Translations under genes and position numbers: made by a program
Assembly (NCBI RefSeq): GCF_042091075.1
Contig: NZ_JBELIE010000004.1
Coordinates: forward strand, 1 to 48,065
Direction: 5' to 3'
Origin: Sphingomonas sp.
GTDB lineage: Bacteria; Pseudomonadota; Alphaproteobacteria; Sphingomonadales; Sphingomonadaceae
DNA: 48,065 bases
Shown here: piece after piece, positions 46,096 to 48,065 of the stretch
How the letters are laid out: the number at the start of each line of letters is the position of its first letter
Numbering within the stretch: position 1 is the stretch's first letter
Notes under the pieces: generated by a model
The model's database searches: none
What the model was told of the DNA's origin: nothing
The model's input: the letters and a program-made list of their open reading frames with translations, nothing else

Positions 46096-46980
46096 TCAGA
46101 TCAGTCCTGCCGCCGCCAGCCCCGCGTCCACCGCCGCCCGGCTCGCCTCGGACGGCCAGGTCATCGGCAGGCGCAGGCCATCGGGGAAGCCGGGCCGTAC
46201 CTTCGTCATCGCATATTTTACCGGGCCGGGTGACGCATCGGTGAAAAGCGCGACATGCAGCGCGAAGAGCCGGTCGTGCAGTGCCAGCGCGGTCGCCTGA
46301 TCCCCAGCCGCGCAGGCCGCCTGGAAATCGGCGCACAGCCGTGGGGCGACGTTGGCGGACACCGAAATGCACCCCACCCCGCCCATCGCATTATAACCCA
46401 GCGCCAGATCGTCGTTGCCCGACAATTGACAGAATTCCGCGCCCAGTGCGGCGCGATGCTGCGACACGCGCTGCAATACCCCCGACGCATCCTTCACCGC
46501 GACGAATACCTCCGGGAACGCCTTGACGATCCGTACCAGCGTATCGGGCTGGATGTCGGTAACGGTGCGCGCGGGAACGTTGTACAGGACGATCGGCAGC
46601 GGCGCATCAGGAGCGAGCGCCGCGAAATGGCGGAAAATCCCCTCCTGCGACGGGCGGTTATAGTATGGCGGAACCATCAGCGCGGCATCCGCCCCGGCCT
46701 CTTTCGCGGCGATCAGGTTGGCGGCGGCGACCCGCGTATCGTTCGATCCAGCGCCGGCGATCACCGGCACGCGACCGCGCGCCTGATCGACGCACACCCG
46801 CACGATCGCGAATTGCTCATCCTTCGTCAGCGTCGCCGCCTCGCCCGTCGTGCCGCACGGTACCAGTGCGGACGATCCCTCCGCGATCTGCCATTCGATC
46901 AGATCGCGATAGGCCGCCTCGACGAACCGACCATCGGGGTCGAACGGAGTCACCAGCGCGGGAATGGAACCGGAAAACAT
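46096..46980 (-). CDS. dapA: 4-hydroxy-tetrahydrodipicolinate synthase
   Basis: GSIPALVTPF, CGTTGE, GAGSN, PYYNRPSQEG, LYNVPART, VKDASG, LSGND. Confidence 0.96.
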   Translation of the reverse strand: MFSGSIPALVTPFDPDGRFVEAAYRDLIEWQIAEGSSALVPCGTTGEAATLTKDEQFAIVRVCVDQARGRVPVIAGAGSNDTRVAAANLIAAKEAGADAALMVPPYYNRPSQEGIFRHFAALAPDAPLPIVLYNVPARTVTDIQPDTLVRIVKAFPEVFVAVKDASGVLQRVSQHRAALGAEFCQLSGNDDLALGYNAMGGVGCISVSANVAPRLCADFQAACAAGDQATALALHDRLFALHVALFTDASPGPVKYAMTKVRPGFPDGLRLPMTWPSEASRAAVDAGLAAAGLI

Positions 46981-47067
46981 GATAGGCGTGTCGCTCCCTG
47001 GACCCGTATGCGCGGGCTGTCGTTCAGCGCAGATACGGCTAGCATCGCTAGTCTGTCCACCACAGGT

Positions 47068-48065
47068 ATGTCAGTGAAGGCAGGTGCGTTGATCCTTTTC
47101 GTTGCAGCATCCGGCGCGATCGCCCTCGTCGCATCGCAATATGGCGCCCCGGTCGCCCCGCCTTCGAACCCGGTGCCAGCGCCCAGCTCCGCGCCGGCCT
47201 ATACCGCCCCGCTGACCGATCTGGCGCAGCCGATCGCGCAATGGAAAGTGCTGCAACAGACCGACGCGCTGCCGTTCGACAGCTATGCCTCGTTCATCAC
47301 CACGCATCCCGGCTGGCCCGGAGAGGCGGCGATCCGCCGCACCGCGGAACGGAAGGCGGCGACCGATCCCACGATCGCGCCCGCCAGCGTCGCCGCCTTC
47401 TGCCGTCGCTGGACGCCATTGACGAGCGCCGGGCGGGTCGCCTGCGCGCGCGCCTTCGCCGCGACGGGCGCACGCGCCGAGGCGGACAATGCCGCGCGCG
47501 CCGCGTGGCGGCTGGGCACGCTGGCGCCACAGGATGAGGCGACGATCCTCGGCCAGTTTGCGGGCGCGCTGTCGTCGGCCGATCATGACCGCCGGATGGA
47601 TGCGCTGCTGTGGCAGGGGGCAACCGCCGCGGCGGCACGATTGCTGCCGATAACCAGCCCGGCGGCGCAGCAGTTGTTCGCCGCGCGACTGGCGTTTCGC
47701 AGCAACGCGCCCGATGCGTCGGCGCGGGCGGCGGCGATGGACGCGATCGGCGCGCGCGATCCCGGCTATATCGCCGACAAGGCGTTGTGGCTGCGCGCCA
47801 GCGGCGCCTCCCCCAGCGCGCGCGGCTGGCTGGCGCGAAGCCGCAACGGCATGGCACTCCCCGGCAATGTCGAGAAATTCTACGAAGCGTTGCTGGTCAA
47901 CGCGCGTGGCGCGGCGGCGGACAATCAGTGGCAGACCGCCTATGACATCGCGCGGCAGGTGGACGATGCCTATGCCCCCGGCACCAACGTGTCGACGCGC
48001 CCCTATGGCGAACGAGACGACTATACCAGCCTCGCGTGGCTGGCGGGCCAGGCTGCGTTGAAGAT
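47068..48065 (+). CDS. Soluble lytic murein transglycosylase (Slt70-like), 3' end outside the window
   Basis: Absent from the ORF track because there is no stop in the window. ATG at 47068, signal peptide, Pro-rich linker, FDSYASFITTHPGWPGE, DHDRRMDALLW, WLAG. Divergent from dapA as is usual in alphaproteobacteria. Confidence 0.8.
   Translation, partial: MSVKAGALILFVAASGAIALVASQYGAPVAPPSNPVPAPSSAPAYTAPLTDLAQPIAQWKVLQQTDALPFDSYASFITTHPGWPGEAAIRRTAERKAATDPTIAPASVAAFCRRWTPLTSAGRVACARAFAATGARAEADNAARAAWRLGTLAPQDEATILGQFAGALSSADHDRRMDALLWQGATAAAARLLPITSPAAQQLFAARLAFRSNAPDASARAAAMDAIGARDPGYIADKALWLRASGASPSARGWLARSRNGMALPGNVEKFYEALLVNARGAAADNQWQTAYDIARQVDDAYAPGTNVSTRPYGERDDYTSLAWLAGQAALK

Overview
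GC-rich alphaproteobacterial core-genome window, most likely Sphingomonas (inferred from an SdrG-like regulator, gene order and composition). It holds about 48 tightly packed, apparently intact genes. In order: beta-carbonic anhydrase (5' end cut by the window), aspS, rnd with an I78 inhibitor, a DUF2066-like/hdaA/ppk1/ppx operon divergent from purMN, ndk/holC/pepA, lptD-surA-pdxA-rsmA, guaB with an RsmB-like methyltransferase, SPFH-NfeD, pckA divergent from chvI-chvG-hprK-rapZ-EIIA-HPr, rmuC/def/recR divergent from fmt-truA, ilvD-lipoprotein-nnr-RlmD-like, sdrG, cckA, DUF2062, smpB, dapA and a lytic transglycosylase (3' end cut). I see no rRNA, tRNA, CRISPR array, transposase, prophage or defence island, and I cannot support a large novel system here. 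The points worth a second look are small-scale: a perfect alphaproteobacterial LexA box over the rmuC promoter; a recurring -35/N17/-10/N6/ATG geometry implying leaderless mRNAs; two decayed copies of a bipartite REP-like palindrome; single-base changes in near-invariant motifs of Nnr and RapZ; RapZ embedded in the ChvGI-PTS operon; SdrG next to CckA; and several uncharacterised envelope proteins translationally coupled to housekeeping operons. All calls come from reading motifs by eye, with no database searches.
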